Source: a virus
IMG/VR virus record: IMGVR_UViG_3300031576_000004
Span: 64,001 to 128,000 of that record
Length of the DNA: 64,000 nucleotides
Strand: one strand, 5' to 3'
Shown here piece by piece: positions 56,310 to 64,000 of the stretch (its first letter is position 1; each line of letters opens with the position of its first letter). The position numbers were made by a program, and so were the translations under genes. The notes beneath the pieces are model-generated. The model did no database searches. It saw nothing but the letters and a program-made list of their open reading frames with translations, and was not told where the DNA came from.

Positions 56310-58628
56310 CTATACAGTCAGTTCTGCCGACACAACTTCGCTATTAAATGTCGAAGGCCCAGACCCGCTCGTTCTAACGATCCTGATACCTATCTCATCC
56401 CCAGCAGCAATAGCTACAGATAGAGAACTACTATAAGCGGATGTCGCTGATACGGCAAGAGCGATAGTCGCCAAGACTGTAGGCGTGCCGGATGAATCCT
56501 TTAATATCTCCATATCGAAAGCTCTCGATGCATCAGCAGCGTTAACTTTAATGCTTCCACCAGTAAGTGTACATGCTCTCGGAATAATTATTCCAGCGGT
56601 GGACCCAACAACACCATCTTCTGTTGCCATATATAACGTTCCGCCAGCAGGAACACCATTGTTACGACTCATGCCGACAAGGAATCGTCCAGACGTTCCT
56701 ATTATTCCTTGCCAACCCTGATTACCTTGGTTGCCCTGAGGACCCTGAAAACCTTGGACTCCTTGGAATCCCTGATATCCCTGCCAGCCCTGGAAGCCCT
56801 GATTACCTTGGTTGCCCTGGAATCCAGCATTTCCTTGGTTGCCCTGATTACCTTGGTTCCCCTGGTTTCCTTGAGCTCCCTGAACTCCTTGCCAGCCCTG
56901 CCAACCTTGCCAACCTTGATTACCCTGATTCCCCTGGTTTCCTTGGTTACCCTGGAAGCCCTCGTTGCCTTGGTTACCCTGATTTCCTTGAGCTCCCTGA
57001 ACTCCTTGCCAGCCTTGATTCCCTTGATTGCCCTGGAACCCTTGCCAACCTTGGTTGCCCTGATTTCCCTGATTTCCTTGAGCTCCCTGAACGCCCTGGA
57101 AACCCTGAGCCCCCTGAACTCCCTGCCAACCTTGGTTGCCTTGCCAACCCTGATTTCCTTGAGCGCCAGTGTCTCCGACATTTCCTTGGTTACCTTGATT
57201 TCCCTGGTTACCTTGCCATCCCTGGTTTCCCTGGAAACCCTGAGGACCCTGGATCCCTTGCCAACCTTGGTTCCCCTGATTTCCCTGCCAGCCCTGGTTT
57301 CCTTGAAAACCATCTGCTCCATCAATGCCGGCATTTCCCTGGTTCCCTTGGTTACCCTGATTTCCTTGGTTGCCTTGGAATCCCTGCCAGCCTTGGTTGC
57401 CCTGGTTGCCTTGATTTCCCTGGTTGCCTTGATTGCCCTGCCATCCCTGGTTCCCCTGGAATCCATCTGTGCCGGCAATTCCTTGGTTTCCTTGATTGCC
57501 TTGGAAACCTTGATTGCCTTGATTGCCCTGATTCCCTTGAGGCCCCTGAATGCCCTGCCAACCTTGATTCCCCTGCCAGCCTTGATTGCCCTGGAAACCC
57601 TGGTTGCCTTGGAAACCCTGATTCCCTTGGTTCCCTTGGTTACCCTGGTTCCCCTGATTGCCCTGTGGGCCTTGTATCCCTTGCCAGCCCTGATTGCCTT
57701 GCCAACCCTGAGGCCCTTGCCATCCCTGATTGCCGTCAATGCCCGCGTTTCCCTGGTTTCCTTGATTGCCTTGATTACCTTGGTTTCCTTGATTGCCTTG
57801 ATTACCCTGAAAGCCCTGAGGTCCAGTAAAACCTTGGTTGCCTTGGTTTCCTTGATTGCCCTGGTTACCTTGATTCCCTTGGTTGCCCTGGCTACCCTGA
57901 TTCCCCTGATTACCTTGCGAGCCTTGGAAACCAAGAACAACGTCTGTATCAACCTGGTCGCTATAAGATCTCAGAGGTGCGGGTATAACTGGCTTTGTCG
58001 CTAGGTTGAATACCTGTAGGTATATCCAATCAATATCTACCGTCGCTGGAATCAGTGGGAATGCAAATGTAGTTTCAACTCCTCCGTCAAAAACATAGAA
58101 GCTAAGAGTCCATACGCCAGCTGACTCTGTTAGGCGTCCATAGACCTCGTTACCCATCGAGTCTACGAACGCGTTCTGGTTAAGAGGCTTCCTTAACGGA
58201 GCTCTGTTAAAAGGCAGGGCTGTGACGACGCCCTCTGTTGATACCGTGCCGCCAGGCGTTGCTATTGTGAACTGCGACGAGACGTTAACAGATATTGCGC
58301 CGCCGACGATAGTCGTGGTAAGCGCCTGGACATAGTCGGCTGTCTTAACATCTGTTAAAGGCGTTCCTGGAAATGCCGACAGCTCCGCATGAGTTACGAT
58401 TGTGTCAACAAGCGGAGAGAAGCTGACCAGCTCAAGCTTCCCCTGATCGATAAGGTTCCTTATCTCTGACTTATTTATCGGATTCGCTGGGTCGTAACGA
58501 GTCCTGTTCGTCCTCTCCATGAGGATGAAGAAGTCATCGAATTCTTTGCTTATCTCACCAGGGACTAGATGTATCCCAGGCTTGGTGAGATATATGTCTT
58601 CAGTTAATGATATGTTTTTAACTTTCAC
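56310..58628 (-). CDS. collagen-like fibre protein
   Basis: Long Gly-X-Y tract dominated by GNQ/GWQ/GFQ. Confidence 0.9.
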   Translation of the reverse strand: MKVKNISLTEDIYLTKPGIHLVPGEISKEFDDFFILMERTNRTRYDPANPINKSEIRNLIDQGKLELVSFSPLVDTIVTHAELSAFPGTPLTDVKTADYVQALTTTIVGGAISVNVSSQFTIATPGGTVSTEGVVTALPFNRAPLRKPLNQNAFVDSMGNEVYGRLTESAGVWTLSFYVFDGGVETTFAFPLIPATVDIDWIYLQVFNLATKPVIPAPLRSYSDQVDTDVVLGFQGSQGNQGNQGSQGNQGNQGNQGNQGNQGNQGFTGPQGFQGNQGNQGNQGNQGNQGNQGNAGIDGNQGWQGPQGWQGNQGWQGIQGPQGNQGNQGNQGNQGNQGFQGNQGFQGNQGWQGNQGWQGIQGPQGNQGNQGNQGFQGNQGNQGIAGTDGFQGNQGWQGNQGNQGNQGNQGNQGWQGFQGNQGNQGNQGNQGNAGIDGADGFQGNQGWQGNQGNQGWQGIQGPQGFQGNQGWQGNQGNQGNQGNVGDTGAQGNQGWQGNQGWQGVQGAQGFQGVQGAQGNQGNQGNQGWQGFQGNQGNQGWQGVQGAQGNQGNQGNEGFQGNQGNQGNQGNQGWQGWQGWQGVQGAQGNQGNQGNQGNQGNAGFQGNQGNQGFQGWQGYQGFQGVQGFQGPQGNQGNQGWQGIIGTSGRFLVGMSRNNGVPAGGTLYMATEDGVVGSTAGIIIPRACTLTGGSIKVNAADASRAFDMEILKDSSGTPTVLATIALAVSATSAYSSSLSVAIAAGDEIGIRIVRTSGSGPSTFNSEVVSAELTV
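56703..57932 (-). repeat. 9-bp-period coding repeat (Gly-X-Gln)
   Basis: Roughly 135-140 collagen triplets. Confidence 0.9.
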
Positions 58629-58639
58629 AGCTTATTATC

Positions 58640-60562
58640 CTAAATAGGTGAATTCGTCCTACGAGGTGGCTTCTGTTCAGGAAGCGGCCTCATATCAACT
58701 GTGTCTTTTGACATTCTTGTCATAAGTCTCTTAACGAGCGCCGCAACCTGGGGCGTGCTCTGCGCAATCCTAGCTAGAGCCGCTTCCCTTTGATCCGGAG
58801 CAAGACGCATTAGCTGCTGCGCGTATGCCTGAGCGCCCTGGATTGCCTGCTGGTTAGTTTCCTGTCCCTGAGCTTGGGTTGCGGCCTGTGCCTTTGGATC
58901 CTGCTGCGGCTTCTGGGCTGGCTTGCCCTTACCAGGCTTTCCATTCTGCCCGCCATTTGCCTTGGCCTGCTCAGCCTGCATCTGTTCCTGCTTTTGCTGG
59001 GCATTCATGTTTTCTTCATGAACCTCTGGAGGAGTTGCCGCCTGCTCTGCTTCTGCGGCCTGCATTTGTGCCTGGGCCTGGTACTTCGCAGTGATAAGGG
59101 CGGCCTCTCCCTGGATGTCAGCGATGAGAAGCTGCTTCTTCCGATCGATCTTCTCGCGATCGTCGATCTCTTTCTCCATCTCAGCAATCTCGTGCTCATA
59201 ATCATAACCAAGCTCATTGATAAGCGTCTTGGTTGACATGTCGCCAGAAGCCTTAAGGTTAATGGCGATCTGCTTCTTCTGGATATCCTCGGCCATCTTG
59301 AAGTCCTGAAGGCGAACATTGACCACAGGAAGCCGGAAATACCTGCGTAGATTAGGGACAAGGAAGTCTGATAGGAACTCCTGGATCATCTCCCTATAGC
59401 TCAAGAAGCCGTTCTCAACTACGCGCAAAGACACGCTAGAGCCGCTATAGGACATTCCTCCGTATAGCAACTCCTGCGGGATCCCAAGACCGCCAGCAAT
59501 CATCTGGCCTGATAGTTTGAACTCCTCAACCATCTGCAGCGCCTTGGCGTCTCCACCGATATTCTCGACGCCCATAGGCACTGGGAACACGCTGATATAG
59601 TTCGGGTCCTGACGCCACTTATTGATCTCTTCCTCAACCTTGCCCTTCCATGTCTGCAGGTTGATGTTCACATACGGAGTGACGTCCGCATTCATAGAAG
59701 GGAACACAATCCTGAGAGGCGTGATGTGGTCCATAGCGATGGCCTCTTGGGCCTTGCGTAGGACCTGGTTGTAGAAGAGATCCTTCATGACGGGCATGAT
59801 CAAAGGCATGCCCCAGCCCATGTCGTTATCAGCTATCGACGGGCGCTTGAAGTGATATAGGTTGCCCTTATCGATCTCGACATCCCTATTGGAAATGGCC
59901 GCTTCGATGAAGACTTTTGGTGTGGTCTCCATGATGTTCTTCATTCCGGCCAAAACAGAGCGCCGCATCTTAGGTGGTATGCGGTAGGTATAGAACGACT
60001 CGCCAGTGATATCGTTGTAGTCGATGTCTATGTTGAACGGATTCCACCGGACAACGCTGATCTTGGTCCGGTTCTTAACCTTAACGTCATCGATCTCGTG
60101 AACCGTCCCAGTCTTGCAGTGCGGGCAGATGGCTTCAAACTTGTTGTTCTGCCACTTCCACTTCATCTTGTTCATGAGAGTGGCGGTCTTGCACTGCAGG
60201 CACTTCAGGTTGCGAACAAACGGGTAGTTAATCGAGATAAGGCAGTTCCCATATACATGGTAGTCCAGCCCAATCTCAATCAATAGCCGCTTAATATGAA
60301 GAGTGTTCTCTAGGAGCTTCTTATAGGTCTGCTTCGCAGGCTCCTCTGCGTCTTCATAGATGAGGCGAGTAATCGGATACTCCGACATCTTATAGATGAT
60401 CGGGGAGACGACGGAGTTAGAGTAGTAGAGGTACTTAACCCACTTGAACATCTCTTTGAGAGATGGCGGCACATAAGTTGACGCGATGTCAAAAAAAGGT
60501 GAAGGATAATTCTTGAATCTCCCTAGCCTGTCTCTGCTCGTGTTAAATGTTGAGCCAGCCAT
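58640..60562 (-). CDS. probable portal protein
   Basis: HFKR...WGMPLI...AQEAIA; GLGIPQELL.G..SYS; CxxC...CxxC insert; Gln-rich tail. Confidence 0.7.
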   Translation of the reverse strand: MAGSTFNTSRDRLGRFKNYPSPFFDIASTYVPPSLKEMFKWVKYLYYSNSVVSPIIYKMSEYPITRLIYEDAEEPAKQTYKKLLENTLHIKRLLIEIGLDYHVYGNCLISINYPFVRNLKCLQCKTATLMNKMKWKWQNNKFEAICPHCKTGTVHEIDDVKVKNRTKISVVRWNPFNIDIDYNDITGESFYTYRIPPKMRRSVLAGMKNIMETTPKVFIEAAISNRDVEIDKGNLYHFKRPSIADNDMGWGMPLIMPVMKDLFYNQVLRKAQEAIAMDHITPLRIVFPSMNADVTPYVNINLQTWKGKVEEEINKWRQDPNYISVFPVPMGVENIGGDAKALQMVEEFKLSGQMIAGGLGIPQELLYGGMSYSGSSVSLRVVENGFLSYREMIQEFLSDFLVPNLRRYFRLPVVNVRLQDFKMAEDIQKKQIAINLKASGDMSTKTLINELGYDYEHEIAEMEKEIDDREKIDRKKQLLIADIQGEAALITAKYQAQAQMQAAEAEQAATPPEVHEENMNAQQKQEQMQAEQAKANGGQNGKPGKGKPAQKPQQDPKAQAATQAQGQETNQQAIQGAQAYAQQLMRLAPDQREAALARIAQSTPQVAALVKRLMTRMSKDTVDMRPLPEQKPPRRTNSPI

Positions 60563-61467
60563 TACGTGATCTCCTTAGCCAGCCGTGCGTCAACGTACAG
60601 CTGAACCGCGTTTAACCTTGCAAAGAGAACGCCTATAGCGTTTTCTTCAAGGGGATCCATAATGAAATTTGGATTCTCGCGATGCATCTGCTCCCATGCT
60701 TCTTTCATCTGTTTGACTTCTTCGGACTCCACTGGCTGAGCAAATGCAAGCTGGCTAGGATAAACTGTAAACCCATTATCAGACATTACAGCACGAACAT
60801 AACTCTTGATCTCGTCCGAGAATGCATTATCTCTTATTCTCTTGGCCATCTCAATACCAAAGGCCAACTGAGCTGGACTTGCTGGCTGGGTCATAGAGAA
60901 ATCTGGGATTTCTCCATTTAAAGCCTGGATACAGTTCTCGAAAACTGGGTATTCCTTCCAGAAGGCGTCAGTTAATAGGAGAGTCTTGATTGCATTAATC
61001 GTGTTCTTTGTTTGTTCGCCTAATGCGCCGCCAAAGTCTTTCTGTATCATTGTCCAGAGCGTCTCAGGCTCCCACTCCAACCAAGCTTTCTTATAGCGCT
61101 CGATTAGCATGTTCCCAAGGACATCAGGATTCGTGTCTGTCCGAACAAATGGATTCTCCGAGCTCTGCTTTCCCATTAGCGCCAGAGCTATACTTGCCGG
61201 CATAGACCTTAAAGAGGCTGCTGGTCTTACTGCTGATAAAGGCCTTACGATTGACGTTATCCCAGATGATATTTGCCTGCCACGCATAATGGCATCTTCC
61301 CTTGGGATCACATCCTCAGGAAGCATTTCAACGACCTGCTCTAGCTCTTTCTTCTTAAGTCTGCGCTGCTTTTCGGCTGCAAACTTAGTTGCCGCAGAAA
61401 GAAAGGCTTCCTCTGGCGTTAGTGGCTCGCCACCTGGATGAAGGGGATCTACGTAGATTTCATTCAT
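60562..61467 (-). CDS. hypothetical virion-associated protein
   Basis: 301 aa, coupled to the portal gene. Confidence 0.65.
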   Translation of the reverse strand: MNEIYVDPLHPGGEPLTPEEAFLSAATKFAAEKQRRLKKKELEQVVEMLPEDVIPREDAIMRGRQISSGITSIVRPLSAVRPAASLRSMPASIALALMGKQSSENPFVRTDTNPDVLGNMLIERYKKAWLEWEPETLWTMIQKDFGGALGEQTKNTINAIKTLLLTDAFWKEYPVFENCIQALNGEIPDFSMTQPASPAQLAFGIEMAKRIRDNAFSDEIKSYVRAVMSDNGFTVYPSQLAFAQPVESEEVKQMKEAWEQMHRENPNFIMDPLEENAIGVLFARLNAVQLYVDARLAKEIT

Positions 61468-62027
61468 CCGAGCGTCTCCAGGAAGCCAGCCATCATCTCA
61501 CTCTTTATAGGACTTATCTTCTTTAGTGTAAGTGGTCTAAGTATAGCAGAAGTGAGAGCCGTTGCGAAATCTTCTCTTGGATCTGTCTTTGAATATTCAT
61601 AAACAAACCCAGGATTCTTGCTGTGTCCCCACTTGCCGCCGGATCGCTCCCACCCAGAAGCGGCAAGCCACCGACGCCAGAACACTGGATTTGAATGCTC
61701 AACCGTGTGAGCAATCTCGTGTATTACTGACTCAGGAAGCATGTCGCCTTTTGCCCCCTGGTCGTAAATGGTTATCTTGCTCCCAGTGCGCTTTGCGTCA
61801 CCAGGCGCTCCTGGCGGGCTCGCTTGCTTGTGTGCCCTAACAAAAGCCTTTAGCTTCGGATTAAACTTAACCAAGCTATCGGGAAGCTTCGAAAGCGTTC
61901 TATCTAGCTTCTTTAATTCTGCTGGTGCCCAGCTAGCGTCTTCTTTGGCAAGCTGGATATTATGCTTATTCTCAACCTGGCGCTTGAGGGCCTCAGCCGC
62001 CATTTTCGATGGCCAGACGCATGGCAT
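61464..62027 (-). CDS. zincin-like metallopeptidase domain protein
   Basis: IHEIAH (HExxH) and downstream YS..DPREDFA. Confidence 0.7.
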   Translation of the reverse strand: MPCVWPSKMAAEALKRQVENKHNIQLAKEDASWAPAELKKLDRTLSKLPDSLVKFNPKLKAFVRAHKQASPPGAPGDAKRTGSKITIYDQGAKGDMLPESVIHEIAHTVEHSNPVFWRRWLAASGWERSGGKWGHSKNPGFVYEYSKTDPREDFATALTSAILRPLTLKKISPIKSEMMAGFLETLG

Positions 62028-62032
62028 CTAGA

Positions 62033-63088
62033 TTAACCATCGATCAGCGATACTAGCAGCCGCTTGTCTGGATATGGCAGACTAGAGAAAACCGCCATGG
62101 CATCCTTCTCAAAAGCGCTAATAAAGTTGCTATCGAAATGCTTCTGTAGAACGTCCTTGTTAGACGCTAGGGCAGCCAGCTTCTCTAGGGTGATCGCCTT
62201 GCCGTCAAAATTGACGCTGGTTGCGACCTTTATGTGCTGGAAGGTCACACGGTAGGGATCCGTGATTCCGCGGTCCCAGTAGGCATCTAGGCCGTTCATC
62301 TTATCGAAGCGCTCTAGAGCTTCGGCAAAGGCGATTGGCTTCAGCGAGGCGCGCTTCTCCATAAGCTGGTCAAGAACCCTATGGGAGTCAGCATCTCCAG
62401 GCAGAGCTTCCTTACGCTGAATAGAAGCGACTTTAATAGCGTTAGAATAAACAGTTGGGTTATATGCGTTAAGATTATGCATCTTAGATACGTCGATATC
62501 GAACGCGTTCGCCTTAACGCAGATAGCAGATGCCATCTTGGCTCTATAAGCTGGCTCGAAATGCTTGTAATACTCCTCGAAATACTCAGCAGCTTTTTCC
62601 GTATTCTCTGGTGTATCAATAGGATAGCGACGTTCGTCATTCCTTGTAATTAGAGCGAAGTCAGTATCTGGTTGGATGCCAGCGGTCTTACTGAATACCA
62701 TGGGAGCCTCAACCTCATTAATTTCGTTGGACTTTATGCTATTCCTGGCGTTATCCATAACGCAGTCCGGAACGATGAGGTTAAACTTCTGTGACGCCTT
62801 CTTTAGGAAAGTCGCTGCAGTCTGCTTATATACATCTGGCAGCTTAGAAGAGGTCTTTTCGAAATACCACATAGATGCAAGAGTGTCCCCCGCTGTGGTG
62901 CATGGGAATTTACGGACCAGAGCGCCTGTCTTCGTTAGAACAGACAGGGCGAAATCCGTGTCTTTTGCCTTTTCTAGCTCTTCTCTGCTGGAGACCTTGA
63001 TGCTGCCGAGTTTCTGGATATGCCCCTTGATTAGCTCGCCAGACAGATCGTCATAAAGGTCGAGTCTCTTGCCGCCGATGGTCCACAT
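62033..63088 (-). CDS. putative head protein with two DFAL...[FY]P repeats (DUF6582-like)
   Basis: DTDFALS...RKFP and DTDFALI...RRYPID; SD AGGAGG before MWTIGG. Confidence 0.6.
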   Translation of the reverse strand: MWTIGGKRLDLYDDLSGELIKGHIQKLGSIKVSSREELEKAKDTDFALSVLTKTGALVRKFPCTTAGDTLASMWYFEKTSSKLPDVYKQTAATFLKKASQKFNLIVPDCVMDNARNSIKSNEINEVEAPMVFSKTAGIQPDTDFALITRNDERRYPIDTPENTEKAAEYFEEYYKHFEPAYRAKMASAICVKANAFDIDVSKMHNLNAYNPTVYSNAIKVASIQRKEALPGDADSHRVLDQLMEKRASLKPIAFAEALERFDKMNGLDAYWDRGITDPYRVTFQHIKVATSVNFDGKAITLEKLAALASNKDVLQKHFDSNFISAFEKDAMAVFSSLPYPDKRLLVSLIDG

Positions 63089-63253
63089 ACGAGGATGCCT
63101 CCTGGTGCTAATTCCACTCATTTTAGTCAGGGACACGCTCCAAGTCAACGTGTTTTGGGGCTGTTTCAAAATGGCTCATTTACCTTATATTTTGTGGTAT
63201 AAGAATTTGTGGTCTAGTGATAACTTCTAATCCTTGAAAGGGGGTGAGTTACA

Positions 63254-63709
63254 GTGACGGAAGAAGAAGAAAACGAGGAAGAGCTTGGTCCAGTCGTGGA
63301 CGGAGAGGAGCACAAGGAACCGCCGCCACCGCCAAAGAGACGCGGGCGGCCGCCAGGCAAGACAAAAAAGCCCGTAGTAGAACTGGTTGAAAAACCTGAC
63401 CGAGCAACAGAAATGCGCGAAGAAACACCGGAACCAGAGCCAGAGCCAGAGCCAGAGGTGGAAGAGAAGCCAGAAGAAGACGGCGATCTTCGCTTTGAAG
63501 ATCAAACTTTTATGGTGCAGGCTCCGCTCGCGGATCCTGAGGCCGGCGAGATGAACAGCGTTATTTTTACATCAAACTACGACGACCTAATTGAAACAAT
63601 GAAAAAGGCCAAGGCCATCGATGGGGTTGATGTCAACGCCGTTCGGATCTTCATTATCGGCCCAGAGGTAAAGGTAAACGGCTACAGGCTGAACCTGGAG
63701 TTGCTGTAG
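63254..63709 (+). CDS. acidic low-complexity protein with AT-hook-like RRGRP
   Basis: PKRRGRPP, EPEPEP; preceded by the GGTATAAGAA motif. Confidence 0.65.
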   Translation: MTEEEENEEELGPVVDGEEHKEPPPPPKRRGRPPGKTKKPVVELVEKPDRATEMREETPEPEPEPEPEVEEKPEEDGDLRFEDQTFMVQAPLADPEAGEMNSVIFTSNYDDLIETMKKAKAIDGVDVNAVRIFIIGPEVKVNGYRLNLELL

Positions 63710-63715
63710 AAATTA

Positions 63716-63919
63716 ATGGGAAAACTAATCTGTACCAACTGCCACAACTCAGACCGATTCGTAGCACTTATCCGACCATCATCACTTGAGCTTGTAATCA
63801 ACTCAGACGGAGATCCTGTTTCAGTATCCGACCAGGATATTGGAGACGATTACGAGGTCATCAAGGTAGCACGCTGTGAAGTGTGCCGGTCCACAGCCAT
63901 TGAAGAATCTCTCTGTTGA
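63716..63919 (+). CDS. small zinc-ribbon protein
   Basis: CTNC...CEVC. Confidence 0.6.
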   Translation: MGKLICTNCHNSDRFVALIRPSSLELVINSDGDPVSVSDQDIGDDYEVIKVARCEVCRSTAIEESLC

Positions 63920-64000
63920 ATCTAATTTACCTATTTACAGTAGAGTTAATAAAGCAGACGCATTCTGATGGAGTCAACTAGATGCCAGATTTCGAAATAG

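Noticed and set aside
56624-58004. Three long alternative-frame ORFs over the collagen repeat
   Set aside because: By-products of a stop-poor 9-bp repeat.
1-64000. Stop-codon reassignment
   Set aside because: Long genes are intact in the standard code, all three stops are used, and no suppressor anticodon was found in the array.

Overview
A 64-kb segment of a large (jumbo-type) tailed-phage genome using the standard genetic code. 1-17.3 kb: dense + strand run of small, mostly unknown ORFs, including two LAGLIDADG endonucleases, a macrodomain-like protein, a Fic protein and an AAA+ ATPase. 17.3-18.5 kb: a stand-alone Cas7/RAMP-like gene flanked by two tRNA-like structured RNAs. 18.5-25.7 kb: a sigma70-type promoter, a 41-codon leader ORF with mutually exclusive antiterminator/terminator hairpins, then 41 tRNA genes covering all 20 amino acids, four HNH-type ORFs, a Y-RNA-like element, a ~500-nt structured RNA, tmRNA and a 6S-like RNA. 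26-63 kb, mostly - strand: virion and late genes, including a baseplate spike-like protein, a LigD-type phosphoesterase-ligase, a single-chain fused beta-beta' RNA polymerase, LamG/IPT/beta-helix appendage proteins with apparently split domains, a four-domain GT2 glycosyltransferase, a collagen-like fibre and a probable portal. The strongest candidate for a new system is the leader ORF: it uses 39 different codons in 41 positions and is arranged as an attenuator that could switch on the whole tRNA array when almost any host tRNA becomes limiting. All family assignments come from motif recognition by eye; no database searches were run.
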